The notes under the pieces: generated by a model | What the model was told of the DNA's origin: nothing | Databases searched by the model: none | The model's input: only the letters and a program-made list of their open reading frames with translations | Origin: Desulfopila sp. | GTDB lineage: Bacteria > Desulfobacterota > Desulfobulbia > Desulfobulbales > Desulfocapsaceae | Reading direction: 5' to 3' | Assembly: GCA_041642275.1 (NCBI GenBank) | Contig: JBEPWT010000004.1 | Span: 6,708 to 70,707, forward strand | DNA: 64,000 bases | Position numbers and translations under genes: made by a program | Shown: piece after piece, positions 44,797 through 54,993 of the stretch | Layout: each line of letters begins with the position of its first letter | How positions within the stretch are numbered: the stretch's first letter is position 1

Positions 44797-45189
44797 ATGA
44801 ATACCAAAACCTTATCAATCAACAATTTTGTCGCTACGGTACGTCGCCTGCGTTCGGAGACCGGTTGTCCCTGGGACAAACGGCAAACTCCCGAATCTTT
44901 GTGCAAATATTTGCTGGAGGAGGTCGCCGAACTGGTTGAAGCGATCGACAATAAAGACAGTGACAATATTTGCGAAGAGATCGGCGACGTTTTTTACATT
45001 CTCATCATGCTGGCTGAGATTCACGCTGAGAGAGGGGACTTTACCTTCGACCGCTGTCTCGAAGAAATAAACAGCAAACTCATCCGCAGACATCCTCACG
45101 TTTTCGCAGGAACCAAAGTTGAAAGCGAAACAGAACTCCGCCGGCAATGGCAAAAAATCAAGGAGGAGGAGAAAAAAAGAAATAATTGA
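44797..45189 (+). CDS. mazG: MazG-family nucleoside triphosphate pyrophosphohydrolase (single domain)
   Basis: 130 aa. Has GCPWD..QT..SL..YL.EE..E...AI and EE.GD....I, plus RRHPHVF. Confidence 0.88.
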   Translation: MNTKTLSINNFVATVRRLRSETGCPWDKRQTPESLCKYLLEEVAELVEAIDNKDSDNICEEIGDVFYILIMLAEIHAERGDFTFDRCLEEINSKLIRRHPHVFAGTKVESETELRRQWQKIKEEEKKRNN

Positions 45190-45214
45190 CAGAATCTGCA
45201 ACTTTTGGTATTAT
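45186..45214 (+). promoter_or_regulatory. Near-consensus sigma-70 promoter for the rpsF-rpsR-DUF2232-rplI(-dnaB) string
   Basis: TTGACA (45186-45191, overlapping the mazG stop), exactly 17 nt of spacer, then TATTAT (45209-45214). This predicts a leader of about 160 nt before the rpsF ATG. Confidence 0.55.
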
Positions 45215-45378
45215 ACCAAGTTTTAGTCGCAGATCAACATACCTGTCTGCAGACTATCAGCGACAGTCGCTTCGACCACTGTCACCTCTTCGCTCTTGCC
45301 TGAACAGAGATGCAGGCGAGGGCCACGTACCAGGGGTTTCCTTGAAGCCCTGCAACCATGAGTCCACGAGGAGGAACC

Positions 45379-45828
45379 ATGCGTAGATACGAAACGATCT
45401 ATATCCTTCGTCCAACCCTGAACGAAGAAGAGATCAATACCGTAGTTGAAAAAGCTCAAGAGACCATCACCAGCAACAACGGAAAAATCATTGAACTTGA
45501 TCGCTGGGGCATGAGAAAACTCGCCTATCAGATCAAAAAAGAGTCTCAAGGATTCTACATATTCTGTGACTATTCCGCCATTCCTGAAGCTGTAACCGAA
45601 ATGGAACGAAGGTTTCGCATCGACGATGCTGTTCTTCGCTACATGACGGTTAAAACCGCCGACGTTATCACCGACGAAGAGATTATCGAAGCCACTGCCC
45701 GCATCGCCGACAAGCAGGTGGTCGAAGAGGAAACTGAAGAGTCCGCCGCTGGAGAGAAACAACCAGTCCAACAGACGCCTTCAACCTCCGAGAAATCAGA
45801 GGAAGTCGAAAAAAGTGAAGAAGCATAA
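45379..45828 (+). CDS. rpsF: 30S ribosomal protein S6 with acidic C-terminal tail
   Basis: MRRYETIYILRP... canonical. The ATG at 45379 is preceded by GAGGAGG. The track ORF starts 7 codons earlier. Confidence 0.95.
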   Translation: MRRYETIYILRPTLNEEEINTVVEKAQETITSNNGKIIELDRWGMRKLAYQIKKESQGFYIFCDYSAIPEAVTEMERRFRIDDAVLRYMTVKTADVITDEEIIEATARIADKQVVEEETEESAAGEKQPVQQTPSTSEKSEEVEKSEEA

Positions 45829-45861
45829 CGTCAGCCGCAACCAACGCAACAGGAGATAATC

Positions 45862-46107
45862 ATGGCACAACGACCACAAAAAAGACTGTTTTCACGAAAA
45901 AAAGTATGCCGTTTCTGCACCGACAAGGAAATGAGTATTGACTACAAGGATGTGAAGACACTCAGGAACTTTGTATCCGAAAGAGGCAAAATCATACCCC
46001 GGCGCATTGTCGGTACCTGCGCCTCTCACCAGAGACAGCTCTGCGAGGCAATCAAACGGGCCCGACACATCGCCCTGCTGCCGTACTCCGGGAACATCCA
46101 GGGATAG
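45862..46107 (+). CDS. rpsR: 30S ribosomal protein S18
   Basis: 81 aa. C.FC......IDYKD...L..F.SERGKI.PRR.TG.C...QR.L..AIKRAR canonical. Confidence 0.96.
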   Translation: MAQRPQKRLFSRKKVCRFCTDKEMSIDYKDVKTLRNFVSERGKIIPRRIVGTCASHQRQLCEAIKRARHIALLPYSGNIQG

Positions 46108-46125
46108 GGAAAGGAAGACGCAGTT

Positions 46126-47103
46126 GTGACCAGGCAGGTCGAAAACGAACCTGAAGGAAGAATACAAAGCCGCCACATCCTGCTGTTCATCGCAGCCCTG
46201 CTGCTGCCCAGCGTGATGTGGATGGTTCTGGGCTGGATCAGTTGTCTGCTTCCCCTGCTCGTATTTGTCTTTCTTGCAAAATACGGTTGGAGACATACCA
46301 CCACCCAGTTAACGGTAGCGCTGCCGGCCGCGGTTTTCATTGGCTTTTTTTTTCACATCGTTGAACTGGTGCTGTTCCTTGGGGCGCTGCTGCCTGCCGG
46401 GTATGTCGTCGCCCACGCCGCAAGCCGCAAGGAGGAGCCGTGGAAGGCCGGCCTCAAGGAATGGATGGTTCTGGCGCTTACGCTGTATCTGTTTTTCAGC
46501 ATTCTCCTCATCAACAGCGATTACACCGTGTTCGGCGCAATCGTCGAATCGCTGAATCGTGGTATCGATGAGTCGCTCAAGCACTACGCCGCCAGCGATA
46601 TGTCTGCTGAAAACATGGCGATGCTGACACAAACGCTCAACCAGGTCAAACAACTGGCGCCGTTGATCCTGCCGGGCATTTTGGGCTCGATACTGCTCGC
46701 CATTGTCTGGCTGACCCTGGTTCCGGCGAACGCGGTATTGCCTGCCCTGGGTGGTGACAGTCCCTGGAAAAGCTATCGCTACTGGCAGCTGCCGGAGAAG
46801 CTTGTCTGGGCGCTGATCGCCGCCGGCGTCACAGCCGCCATTCCCGGACAGCCTCTGCAGATCTGGGGCATCAACTGCCTTATGATCATAACCGTGCTCT
46901 ACGGCTTTCAGGGTCTGGCCATCGCCGTTTTTCTTCTGCATAAATGGAAAGTGCCGCGTTTTCTGCGGACGCTCATCTATGTAGTGATACTCTTGCAGAG
47001 TTTTGGTACAGTTCTACTAATTATTGCCGGTGTTGCCGATGTCTGGTTTGACATCAGACGATTGAAAAAACCGGCTGAGGATGATACAGCACACTCTGAG
47101 TAA
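46126..47103 (+). CDS. Polytopic membrane protein, DUF2232 (YybS-like) family
   Basis: 325 aa and multi-TM. It occupies the conserved position between rpsR and rplI. Its GTG start is preceded by GGAAAGGAAG. Confidence 0.6.
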   Translation: MTRQVENEPEGRIQSRHILLFIAALLLPSVMWMVLGWISCLLPLLVFVFLAKYGWRHTTTQLTVALPAAVFIGFFFHIVELVLFLGALLPAGYVVAHAASRKEEPWKAGLKEWMVLALTLYLFFSILLINSDYTVFGAIVESLNRGIDESLKHYAASDMSAENMAMLTQTLNQVKQLAPLILPGILGSILLAIVWLTLVPANAVLPALGGDSPWKSYRYWQLPEKLVWALIAAGVTAAIPGQPLQIWGINCLMIITVLYGFQGLAIAVFLLHKWKVPRFLRTLIYVVILLQSFGTVLLIIAGVADVWFDIRRLKKPAEDDTAHSE

Positions 47104-47175
47104 CCTCTTCAGGCTGCAGTCCTTCTGGAGAGACGATTCAGGCTGAAATAATCAGTTATCACGAGGGAGTCAAAA

Positions 47176-47631
47176 ATGGAGCTCATTTTACAAGAAACCA
47201 TCAGTTCACTCGGCCAGGAGGGCGACATCGTCAAGGTAAAGCCCGGCTACGGCCGCAATTATCTCCTGCCGAAGGGCAAGGCCGTCGTTGCCGATGCCAG
47301 GAACAAGGCTATTCTGGAAAGAAACAAGGCCGCCATCGAGTCGCGTCGCGCCAAGGAACGCAAGGAGGCCGAGGCCCTGGCTAAAAAACTCGCCGGTATT
47401 TCCATCGAGATTCCCCAGCTTGTCGGTGATGACGAACGGCTTTTCGGCTCGGTGACCAGTTCCGACATTCTGGAAAAACTCCAGGAACTCAACATCGACA
47501 TCGACAAGCGTCAGATCGTCCTTCCCAACCCCATCAAGACCCTCGGCGAAACCACGGTCCCCATCAGGGTCGGCTTTGATATGACCACTGATATCCAGGT
47601 CAAAGTCGTTCCCCAGGAATCAGGCGAGTAA
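47176..47631 (+). CDS. rplI: 50S ribosomal protein L9
   Basis: 151 aa. LGQEGDIVKVK.GY.RNYL.P.G.A canonical N-domain. Confidence 0.95.
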   Translation: MELILQETISSLGQEGDIVKVKPGYGRNYLLPKGKAVVADARNKAILERNKAAIESRRAKERKEAEALAKKLAGISIEIPQLVGDDERLFGSVTSSDILEKLQELNIDIDKRQIVLPNPIKTLGETTVPIRVGFDMTTDIQVKVVPQESGE

Positions 47632-47704
47632 GTATGTGAGGCCTCCTTCTGCCGGGATTGCTCCGCCTTTTCCCGGGTCCTGCCGCGGGGGAGGCACAAT
47701 ATTG

Positions 47705-47750
47705 ACACACACCATATGAGGCCCGGCCTCCATGGTGTGTTTCTGTTTTT
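47705..47750 (+). terminator. Stem-loop with U-rich tail between rplI and dnaB (terminator or attenuator)
   Basis: ACACACCAUAUGAGGCC / GGCCUCCAUGGUGUGU form an imperfect stem of about 16 bp. UUCUGUUUUU follows at 47741-47750. Confidence 0.55.
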
Positions 47751-47776
47751 AAAAGATTGACCTGGAAGAATTCACA

Positions 47777-49144
47777 ATGAACAAATTGTCAGCTTCCTTA
47801 CCGGCATCGCGAGTTCCGCCTCAAAATCTTGAAGCCGAACAGTCCGTACTGGGCTCCATCCTTCTCAAAGACAATGTCTTCGGGAACGTTCTCGAAATCA
47901 TCCAGCCAGAGGATTTTTACTCTCCGGCCCACAGAATCATCTATGACAGCATGATAACGCTGTTTGAAAAGAACGATCCCCACGACATCATTACTCTGAC
48001 CAATCATCTCAAGGACCAGAACCGGCTCGATGAAGTTGGGGGGGCCGCATATCTTGCCAGTCTGACATCCATTGTACCGGTCACCGCCAATATTGCATCC
48101 TATGCCAGGATCATCAAGCAGAAGTCCGTTTTGCGGCGGCTCATCGAGGTCAACACCGAGATAGCCGGCAGATGTTACGAAGAACAGGGTGAGATTGACC
48201 TGCTCGTTGACGAGGCCGAACAGGCCATATTCGACATCGCTGGGAAAAAGAGCGGGCAGAGCTTTACACCGTTAAAAGATATAATTCCCGCCGCCTTTGC
48301 CAAAGTCGAGCAACTGTTCAAGCGCAAAGAACTCATCACCGGTGTCCCCACGGGCTACTACGAGATAGACAAATTGACCGCCGGCCTGCAGCCCTCGGAC
48401 CTGATCATCCTTGCCGGGCGTCCCTCCATGGGCAAGACCGCCTTTGCCATGAACCTGGCCCAGCATGCTGCCCTCGTCGAGAAAACCGGGGTGGCCATCT
48501 TCAGTCTCGAAATGTCCAAGGAACAGCTGACCATGAGACTTCTCAGTTCGGTGGGGAGGATAGACTCACACCGCATCCGTACCGGGAAGCTCCATGACGA
48601 AGACTGGCCCAAACTGACGCGGGCCGTAGGGATGCTTTCTGAAGCGCCCCTGTATATAGACGACACCCCTGCCATTTCTGTGTTGGAGATGCGCTCTAAA
48701 ATCCGCCGACTTGCCTCGCAGTATCCCCTCGGCATGATATTGGTGGACTATCTCCAGCTCATGCGCGGCAGAAGTTCCAGCGAGAACAGAACCCAGGAGA
48801 TAAGCGAAATTTCGCGGTCTCTCAAGGCTCTGGCCAAAGAACATAATGTGCCGGTACTGGCACTTTCCCAGTTGAACAGGAGCCTGGAAAGCCGCACCGA
48901 CAAACGGCCGATGATGGCCGACCTTCGCGAATCGGGGGCCATCGAACAGGACGCCGATATTATCTGCTTCATATACCGCGATCAGGTCTATAACAAAGCC
49001 GAGGACAATCCCGAAAAAGGCACGGCAGAAATAATCATCGGCAAGCAGCGCAACGGCCCCACAGGGATGGTTAAATTGACATTTCTTGAAGAATTCACTA
49101 TGTTTGAGAATATGAGCAACAGAGACGATTCCAATATTCATTAA
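47777..49144 (+). CDS. dnaB: Replicative DNA helicase
   Basis: 455 aa. It has the PPQN.EAE..VLG..L N-terminus, Walker A GRPSMGKTA, and RecA-like motifs. There is no intein. Confidence 0.95.
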   Translation: MNKLSASLPASRVPPQNLEAEQSVLGSILLKDNVFGNVLEIIQPEDFYSPAHRIIYDSMITLFEKNDPHDIITLTNHLKDQNRLDEVGGAAYLASLTSIVPVTANIASYARIIKQKSVLRRLIEVNTEIAGRCYEEQGEIDLLVDEAEQAIFDIAGKKSGQSFTPLKDIIPAAFAKVEQLFKRKELITGVPTGYYEIDKLTAGLQPSDLIILAGRPSMGKTAFAMNLAQHAALVEKTGVAIFSLEMSKEQLTMRLLSSVGRIDSHRIRTGKLHDEDWPKLTRAVGMLSEAPLYIDDTPAISVLEMRSKIRRLASQYPLGMILVDYLQLMRGRSSSENRTQEISEISRSLKALAKEHNVPVLALSQLNRSLESRTDKRPMMADLRESGAIEQDADIICFIYRDQVYNKAEDNPEKGTAEIIIGKQRNGPTGMVKLTFLEEFTMFENMSNRDDSNIH

Positions 49145-49329
49145 ACTTTTTCACATTTTATCCAGGAGCCTGTCGGATAATAGGCATTTTTTCTCAGATC
49201 AAGGCATTTTCAGGAAATCAAGCACAGCCATATAGCTGATATTGCGAGCATTGATTTTCTGGTAATAACGCAGATATGGGGAAAAAGGGCATTATCCGAC
49301 AGACTCCCAGGGCAAGAGAGAACGCGAGA

Positions 49330-51822
49330 ATGGCTGACAACACTGCAAACACCATATGGTACGACTTCAAAGCCATTGAGGCCAAATGGCAGGAAAAATG
49401 GGAAAAAGAAAAGACCTATTCCGTGGGGGAAGATAGCCAGGGGAAAAAATACTATGTGCTTGAAATGTTTCCCTATCCTTCCGGCCGTATCCACATGGGA
49501 CATGTACGAAATTATTCCATTGGCGATGTTGTCGCCCGCTATAAACGCATGCGCGGCTTCAACGTGCTTCACCCCATGGGCTGGGACGCTTTCGGCCTGC
49601 CTGCCGAAAATGCAGCAATCAAAAACGATACACATCCGGCGGAATGGACCTATGAAAATATCGACTACATGAAAAAGCAGCTCAAGCAGCTCGGTCTCTC
49701 CTATGACTGGGATCGCGAAATTGCCACCTGCAACGAAAAATATTATCACTGGGAGCAGATCCTTTTTCTGAAAATGTATGAAAAAGGTCTGGTCTATCAA
49801 AAAGTCACCTCAGTCAATTGGTGTGATTCCTGCCAGACCGTTCTCGCCAACGAGCAGGTTATTGACGGCGCCTGCTGGCGTTGCGACCAACCGGTCCTGC
49901 CCCGGGAAATGAACGGCTGGTTTTTCAAGATTACCGACTACGCAGAAGAACTCCTCGCCGATCTTGATCACCTGGACGGCTGGCCGGAGAAGGTGGTTAC
50001 CATGCAGCGCAACTGGATCGGCAAGTCCACCGGTCTCAACTGCACATTCGAGATTGAAAGCTCGGATCAATCCATTTCCATCTTCACCACCAGGCCGGAT
50101 ACCATTTATGGCGTCACCTTCCTATCGCTCGCCCCCGAGCATCCGCTCCTGCCCGACCTGCTGGCGGGAAGCGACAGGCAGGCTGAGATTGAAGAATTCG
50201 CCAGGCGGATCATCACTGAAAAACAGCGGGGCCGACACGAAGATGAGATTGTCAAGGAGGGCATATTCACAGGCCGCTACTGCATCAACCCCTTTAACGG
50301 CGAAAGGATTCCAATCTATGTTGCCAACTTCGTCCTCATGGAATATGGAACCGGCGCCGTCATGGCCGTGCCCGCTCATGACCAGAGGGATTTTGAATTT
50401 GCCCGTAAATACGGGCTCGAAATCCGTCCGGTTGTCATTCCCGAAGGCGTCGATCTCCATGGCGAGACCATGGAGGAGGCGTATTCTGGTCCGGGCATTC
50501 TTGCCAACTCCGGTCAGTTCGATTCGCTCTCCAGCACCGAGGCCCGGGAAGCCATAATCGCCCATGCCGAGAAAATGGGTTTCGGGAGCGCCGAGACCAC
50601 ATACAGACTGCGCGACTGGGGCATCTCCAGGCAGCGATACTGGGGCGCTCCCATCCCGGTGGTCTATTGCCGCAACTGTGGTGTCCGGCCGGTTCCGGCC
50701 GAAGAGCTGCCGGTGACTCTGCCTGAGGACAAAGGCTCAGGAAGCGGAGACTGCGCTCCCCTGCACCTGCGCCCTTCTTTTATCGATACCACCTGCCCTT
50801 CCTGCACAGGTCCGGCACGAAGGGAAACCGACACCATGGACACCTTCGTTGAATCGTCCTGGTACTTTGCCCGCTATACCTGTCCCGAGACCCAGGAACC
50901 TCTGGATCGTCACAAGGCCGACTACTGGCTGCCCGTCGATCAATACATCGGTGGTGTCGAGCACGCCATTCTCCACCTCCTCTATTCCCGCTTTTTCACA
51001 AAGATACTCAGAGATCTCGGCTATGTCGATATCGCCGAACCCTTCACCAACCTGCTGACCCAGGGGATGGTTATCAAGGATGGCGCCAAGATGTCGAAAT
51101 CCAAGGGCAACGTCGTCGACCCCCATGACCTGGTGGCGCAGTATGGTGCCGATACCGTCCGGCTCTTCAGCCTTTTTGCCGCACCGCCGGAGAAGGATCT
51201 CGAGTGGTCGGCCCAGGGTGTCGAGGGCGCCTCCCGCTTTCTCAACCGGGTGTACCGGTTTATAGAAGGCCACAGGCCGACGCTGCAGAGGCCTCGCCGC
51301 CGCCAAGGCGAACGTGACGGCGCAAGCCGGGAACTGCGACGGAAAACGCACCAGACCATCGGCAAAGTCACTCAGGATATTGAAACGAGCTTTCATTTCA
51401 ACACCGCCATAAGCGCCGTCATGGAACTGTTCAACCATATGTCTTCGCAGGCGACGGAAGCAGCCGCCCACGAGATTGACGATGATGCCCTCTGTGAAGC
51501 GGTGGACACTGTCCTGCTGCTGCTCTCGCCCATGGTGCCGCATTTCGCCGCCGAGATGTGGCAGCGATGCGGCCACAGCGGCGACATCGAAAACAGGCCC
51601 TGGCCGCAGTATGACGTGGATGCAGCCAAAGACGAGCTTCTCACCATCGTCATCCAGGTCAACGGCAAGGTCAGATCCAGGCTGGAGGTGGCCGCAGGTA
51701 CCGACGACGACGTCCTTAAAGAGATGGCTTTAAAAGATGAGAAGGTGCGGCGCTTCCTCGGCGGCAAACCGGTGAAAAAAATCATCGTCGTCAAGAAGAA
51801 ACTTGTCAATATCGTCATTTAG
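49330..51822 (+). CDS. leuS: Leucine-tRNA ligase
   Basis: It has a HIGH-type motif ([11 protein letters not shown]), KMSKS and the CP1 editing domain. I chose the ATG at 49330. The track ORF starts at 49276. Confidence 0.95.
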   Translation: MADNTANTIWYDFKAIEAKWQEKWEKEKTYSVGEDSQGKKYYVLEMFPYPSGRIHMGHVRNYSIGDVVARYKRMRGFNVLHPMGWDAFGLPAENAAIKNDTHPAEWTYENIDYMKKQLKQLGLSYDWDREIATCNEKYYHWEQILFLKMYEKGLVYQKVTSVNWCDSCQTVLANEQVIDGACWRCDQPVLPREMNGWFFKITDYAEELLADLDHLDGWPEKVVTMQRNWIGKSTGLNCTFEIESSDQSISIFTTRPDTIYGVTFLSLAPEHPLLPDLLAGSDRQAEIEEFARRIITEKQRGRHEDEIVKEGIFTGRYCINPFNGERIPIYVANFVLMEYGTGAVMAVPAHDQRDFEFARKYGLEIRPVVIPEGVDLHGETMEEAYSGPGILANSGQFDSLSSTEAREAIIAHAEKMGFGSAETTYRLRDWGISRQRYWGAPIPVVYCRNCGVRPVPAEELPVTLPEDKGSGSGDCAPLHLRPSFIDTTCPSCTGPARRETDTMDTFVESSWYFARYTCPETQEPLDRHKADYWLPVDQYIGGVEHAILHLLYSRFFTKILRDLGYVDIAEPFTNLLTQGMVIKDGAKMSKSKGNVVDPHDLVAQYGADTVRLFSLFAAPPEKDLEWSAQGVEGASRFLNRVYRFIEGHRPTLQRPRRRQGERDGASRELRRKTHQTIGKVTQDIETSFHFNTAISAVMELFNHMSSQATEAAAHEIDDDALCEAVDTVLLLLSPMVPHFAAEMWQRCGHSGDIENRPWPQYDVDAAKDELLTIVIQVNGKVRSRLEVAAGTDDDVLKEMALKDEKVRRFLGGKPVKKIIVVKKKLVNIVI

Positions 51823-51911
51823 ATTTACATATTGACGGGATGAGTCGGAACTGTGTATCGTCCAATTGAGCCAGTAACTTCATAAACGCATCAGACGAAC
51901 GGGGTCAACAA

Positions 51912-52445
51912 TTGAAACAGCTACAAAGCAGCCTGGCCAGCCTGGCCATTTGCGCCTTATCCATAGTCCTGCTGGTATCCTGCGGGTATAGAAACCCCTA
52001 TGTCTATACCGGACCAGCCAAATCGATCTATATCACCTCCTGGAAAAACCGTACCAGCGAACTGCAGCTCGAATCCGATATTCATCAGGCGCTGGTCGAA
52101 TGGTACCAGAGAAGCGATTCGCTCAGTATCGTCAACGACAAGTCTGCCGCCGATCTGATTCTCGCAGGTGAAATCATCTCCATCGACCTCCCCAGTCTCG
52201 CTTACGGCGCCAACAACATAACCCAGCAGGTCAAACTCACCCTGCATGTCCGCTACATCCTCAAGGATCTCGACAGCGGCGAAGTTCTTTTCCAGGTGCC
52301 GGCTCAACAGCGCACCGAGGAATATATCGTCGCTGCAGATTCCTCGAGAACCGCCGACAACGAAGAGGAAGCTCTCGAGATTATCATTGATGAGCTTTCT
52401 CAGGAAATCTATTCGAGAACCTTATCGGAATTGTCAAAACTGTAA
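51912..52445 (+). CDS. lptE: LPS-assembly lipoprotein LptE-like
   Basis: 177 aa with a signal peptide and lipobox (LLVSCG). It sits immediately downstream of leuS, as in many proteobacteria. TTG start. Confidence 0.6.
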   Translation: MKQLQSSLASLAICALSIVLLVSCGYRNPYVYTGPAKSIYITSWKNRTSELQLESDIHQALVEWYQRSDSLSIVNDKSAADLILAGEIISIDLPSLAYGANNITQQVKLTLHVRYILKDLDSGEVLFQVPAQQRTEEYIVAADSSRTADNEEEALEIIIDELSQEIYSRTLSELSKL

Positions 52446-52459
52446 TCGCTTCTTTTGCT

Positions 52460-52510
52460 GCCGGTTCATTGCCGATCGAACATGAACCGGCTCTTCTGAT
52501 CGCCTTTTTC
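52460..52510 (+). terminator. Hairpin after lptE (weak terminator candidate)
   Basis: GCCGGTTCAT / ATGAACCGGC form a perfect 10-bp stem (52460-52491) with a 12-nt loop. The downstream tract is only moderately U-rich (TCTTCTGATCGCCTTTTTC). Confidence 0.3.
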
Positions 52511-52516
52511 TATTAG

Positions 52517-53458
52517 ATGCCCGTCATAGCCGACCTTCAGCTTACCTCCCCCTTCATCCTCGCTCCACTGGCCGGATACAGCGACCTGCCCTTCCGCCTG
52601 ATGTGTCGCCGCTTTGGCGCCGGACTCTGTTTTTCCGAGATGATAAGCTGTCACGGGCTGGTCTATCAACAGCAGAAAACCCTGGCAATGCTGGCCTCGT
52701 CTCCGGCCGAGCGCCCCGTCGCTTTCCAGCTTTTCGGCGCCGAGCCGGCCGTCATGGGCAGGGCGGCGGATCTGCTCAACCGCTGCTCTCCCGATCTTGT
52801 TGACATCAACATGGGCTGTCCGGTGAAAAAGGTCACCAAAAAAGGCGCCGGGGCGGCCTTGATGGCGGCGCCCGATCTGGCAGCAGAGATTATCAGGGAA
52901 GTCGTAAAAAACAGTGAGGCTCCGGTGACTGTCAAATTTCGCCGGGGCGTCAGTCAGCATTCACTCACATATCTTGATTTCGCCAAAATGGCCGAGGATG
53001 CAGGGGCAGCGGCGCTCACTCTGCATGGACGTACATGGAGCCAGGGGTTTACCGGCCAAGCCGATTGGCAATGCATAGCCGAGGTGAAAAAAACCGTTTC
53101 CGTACCTGTCATCGGCAACGGCGACATTCTGAGCTACCAACAGGCCGTGATGCGACTTCAATCTTCCGGCTGCGACGCTGTCATGATAGGCCGGGGCGCC
53201 CTGGGGAACCCCTGGGTATTCGGCGGCACCGCCCGGCCAAAGCACAATGCGGCAATAGCAGCGGGGGCTCTCGAGCATCTGCAGCTCATGGAGCAATATC
53301 TGCCGGTTGAGCGACTGCTGGCCGGTATAAAAAATCATATGGGCCGCTATTTTACCGGCCTTGCCGGCAGTACGGCGATTCGCCGGCGGATCTCCCAGTG
53401 CGCCGAATTTTGCGAGCTTCGGGTGTACCTGGAGAATGCTGCTACTTCAGAGAGTTAA
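52517..53458 (+). CDS. dusB: tRNA-dihydrouridine synthase
   Basis: 313 aa. LAPLAG..D.PFR, D.N.GCP..KV and an FMN-binding TIM barrel pattern. Confidence 0.88.
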   Translation: MPVIADLQLTSPFILAPLAGYSDLPFRLMCRRFGAGLCFSEMISCHGLVYQQQKTLAMLASSPAERPVAFQLFGAEPAVMGRAADLLNRCSPDLVDINMGCPVKKVTKKGAGAALMAAPDLAAEIIREVVKNSEAPVTVKFRRGVSQHSLTYLDFAKMAEDAGAAALTLHGRTWSQGFTGQADWQCIAEVKKTVSVPVIGNGDILSYQQAVMRLQSSGCDAVMIGRGALGNPWVFGGTARPKHNAAIAAGALEHLQLMEQYLPVERLLAGIKNHMGRYFTGLAGSTAIRRRISQCAEFCELRVYLENAATSES

Positions 53459-53668
53459 CAGAAAAAAGTTAAGGCTTTCTCGAGAACATCTCGCCCTGCT
53501 TTCGGCCCTTATCGACGCCCGGAGCGCAGCCAAGAGAAAATGGTACACATCCCAGCGTTGCCAGCGTCACAGAGCGGGTCTGCCGACAGCAGATACCTGC
53601 CGGCAGAGTCCGTTTCCTGATATGTTAAGAGCTTTTAAGCAGAAAAGTGTTAAAGAAGATGGACTCGT

Positions 53669-53706
53669 AAAAAGCTCGATCTACGTCGTTGTAGATCGAG
53701 CTTTTT
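53669..53706. terminator. Bidirectional rho-independent terminator between convergent dusB and folD
   Basis: AAAAA-GCTCGATCTAC-gtcgtt-GTAGATCGAGC-TTTTT. This is a perfect 11-bp stem flanked by an A5 run on one side and a T5 run on the other. Confidence 0.8.
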
Positions 53707-53749
53707 CCAGAGCCCATACCGGCGGCTTCGATGACTTTTTACGAGATTA

Positions 53750-54637
53750 TCAAAGAAGGCCGGCAGACATCTTTGCCGACTGCAGCGTATTTTTCATGAG
53801 CATGGTGATGGTCATTGGGCCTACGCCTCCAGGAACCGGAGTGATGACCGAGGCCTTCTCCTTGACAGAATCAAAATCGACGTCACCTGCGAGAATGGCC
53901 TTGCCCGAAGCCGATTTGCCGATGCGATTGACTCCGACGTCCATAACCGCCACGCCATCTTTTACCATGTCGGCGGTGACAAGCTTGGGTACTCCTGCCG
54001 CAGCAATGATGATATCGGCGCGGCGGCAATGGGCCGCCATGTCGCGGGTACGGGTGTGACAGAGGGTTACCGTCGCATTGCCCGACTCCCTCTTCTGCAG
54101 CATAAGATTGGCCATGGGTTTGCCGACGATATTGCTTCTGCCGAGGATGACCACTTCGGCCCCGCTGGTATCAACGCCGCTCCTGGCCAGGAGTTCAAGG
54201 ACACCGTGCGGTGTGCAGGGCAGAAAACATTTTTCCCCCAGCACCATCCTGCCGATATTGACGGGGTGAAAACCGTCGACATCCTTGTCAGGATCGATCT
54301 CGTTCAGGATCTTGCTTTCGTCGATATGCTTGGGCAGGGGCAACTGCACGAGAATGCCATGAATATTGTCGTCCTCGTTGTATTTTTTGACAAGCTCGAG
54401 AAGTTCTTCCTCCGGCGTGTCGGCATCCAGGGTGATCTGCTCGGAGTGAATGCCGATGGCATGCGCCGTTTTGTTTTTGGCGGCAACATAGGATTGGGAG
54501 GCCGGATCCTCGCCCACCAGTATGGTTACCAGGCCGGGTATGACACCGTGTTTTTCCTTGAGTTCAGCAATTTGGACCTTGAGCTCTTCCCTGATTTCCT
54601 TGGCAACTTCAGTACCGCTCACTATCTTGGCTGTCAT
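53750..54637 (-). CDS. folD: Bifunctional methylenetetrahydrofolate dehydrogenase / methenyl-THF cyclohydrolase
   Basis: 295 aa. YV..K.K, GILVQLPLP, CTP.G, GRS.IVG.P and PVPGGVGPMT motifs. Confidence 0.94.
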   Translation of the reverse strand: MTAKIVSGTEVAKEIREELKVQIAELKEKHGVIPGLVTILVGEDPASQSYVAAKNKTAHAIGIHSEQITLDADTPEEELLELVKKYNEDDNIHGILVQLPLPKHIDESKILNEIDPDKDVDGFHPVNIGRMVLGEKCFLPCTPHGVLELLARSGVDTSGAEVVILGRSNIVGKPMANLMLQKRESGNATVTLCHTRTRDMAAHCRRADIIIAAAGVPKLVTADMVKDGVAVMDVGVNRIGKSASGKAILAGDVDFDSVKEKASVITPVPGGVGPMTITMLMKNTLQSAKMSAGLL

Positions 54638-54993
54638 GTGTTCACCTCGTGGTTAAAGCTTGTTTTAACGTTCTCCCTCTCGCCTCTACTCTGTACCGTT
54701 CTTTTACCTGACACGCAAAAGGCCGATGGCCTCCTGCGTCGACCTCTTCACGGAGGAGCAGGTTTTCCGCCGAAAAAAAGGCTGACTCCTCCCCAAGAGA
54801 TGCTGCCGTCTTCGCGGTAATAAAAGAATCGTGTTTTCCTGCCCCATGATCTGCAATACCATGACGTACCATAAAATGTCAAAACTATTGCCATCTTTCT
54901 TGCAAAACATTGTGATGCCTCCAATAGCCGTGCTTTATGGCTGGTGTGAAAAAGCCGTCGCCACGCCCCGCCTTGAGCCAGCCCGAGGTAAAA

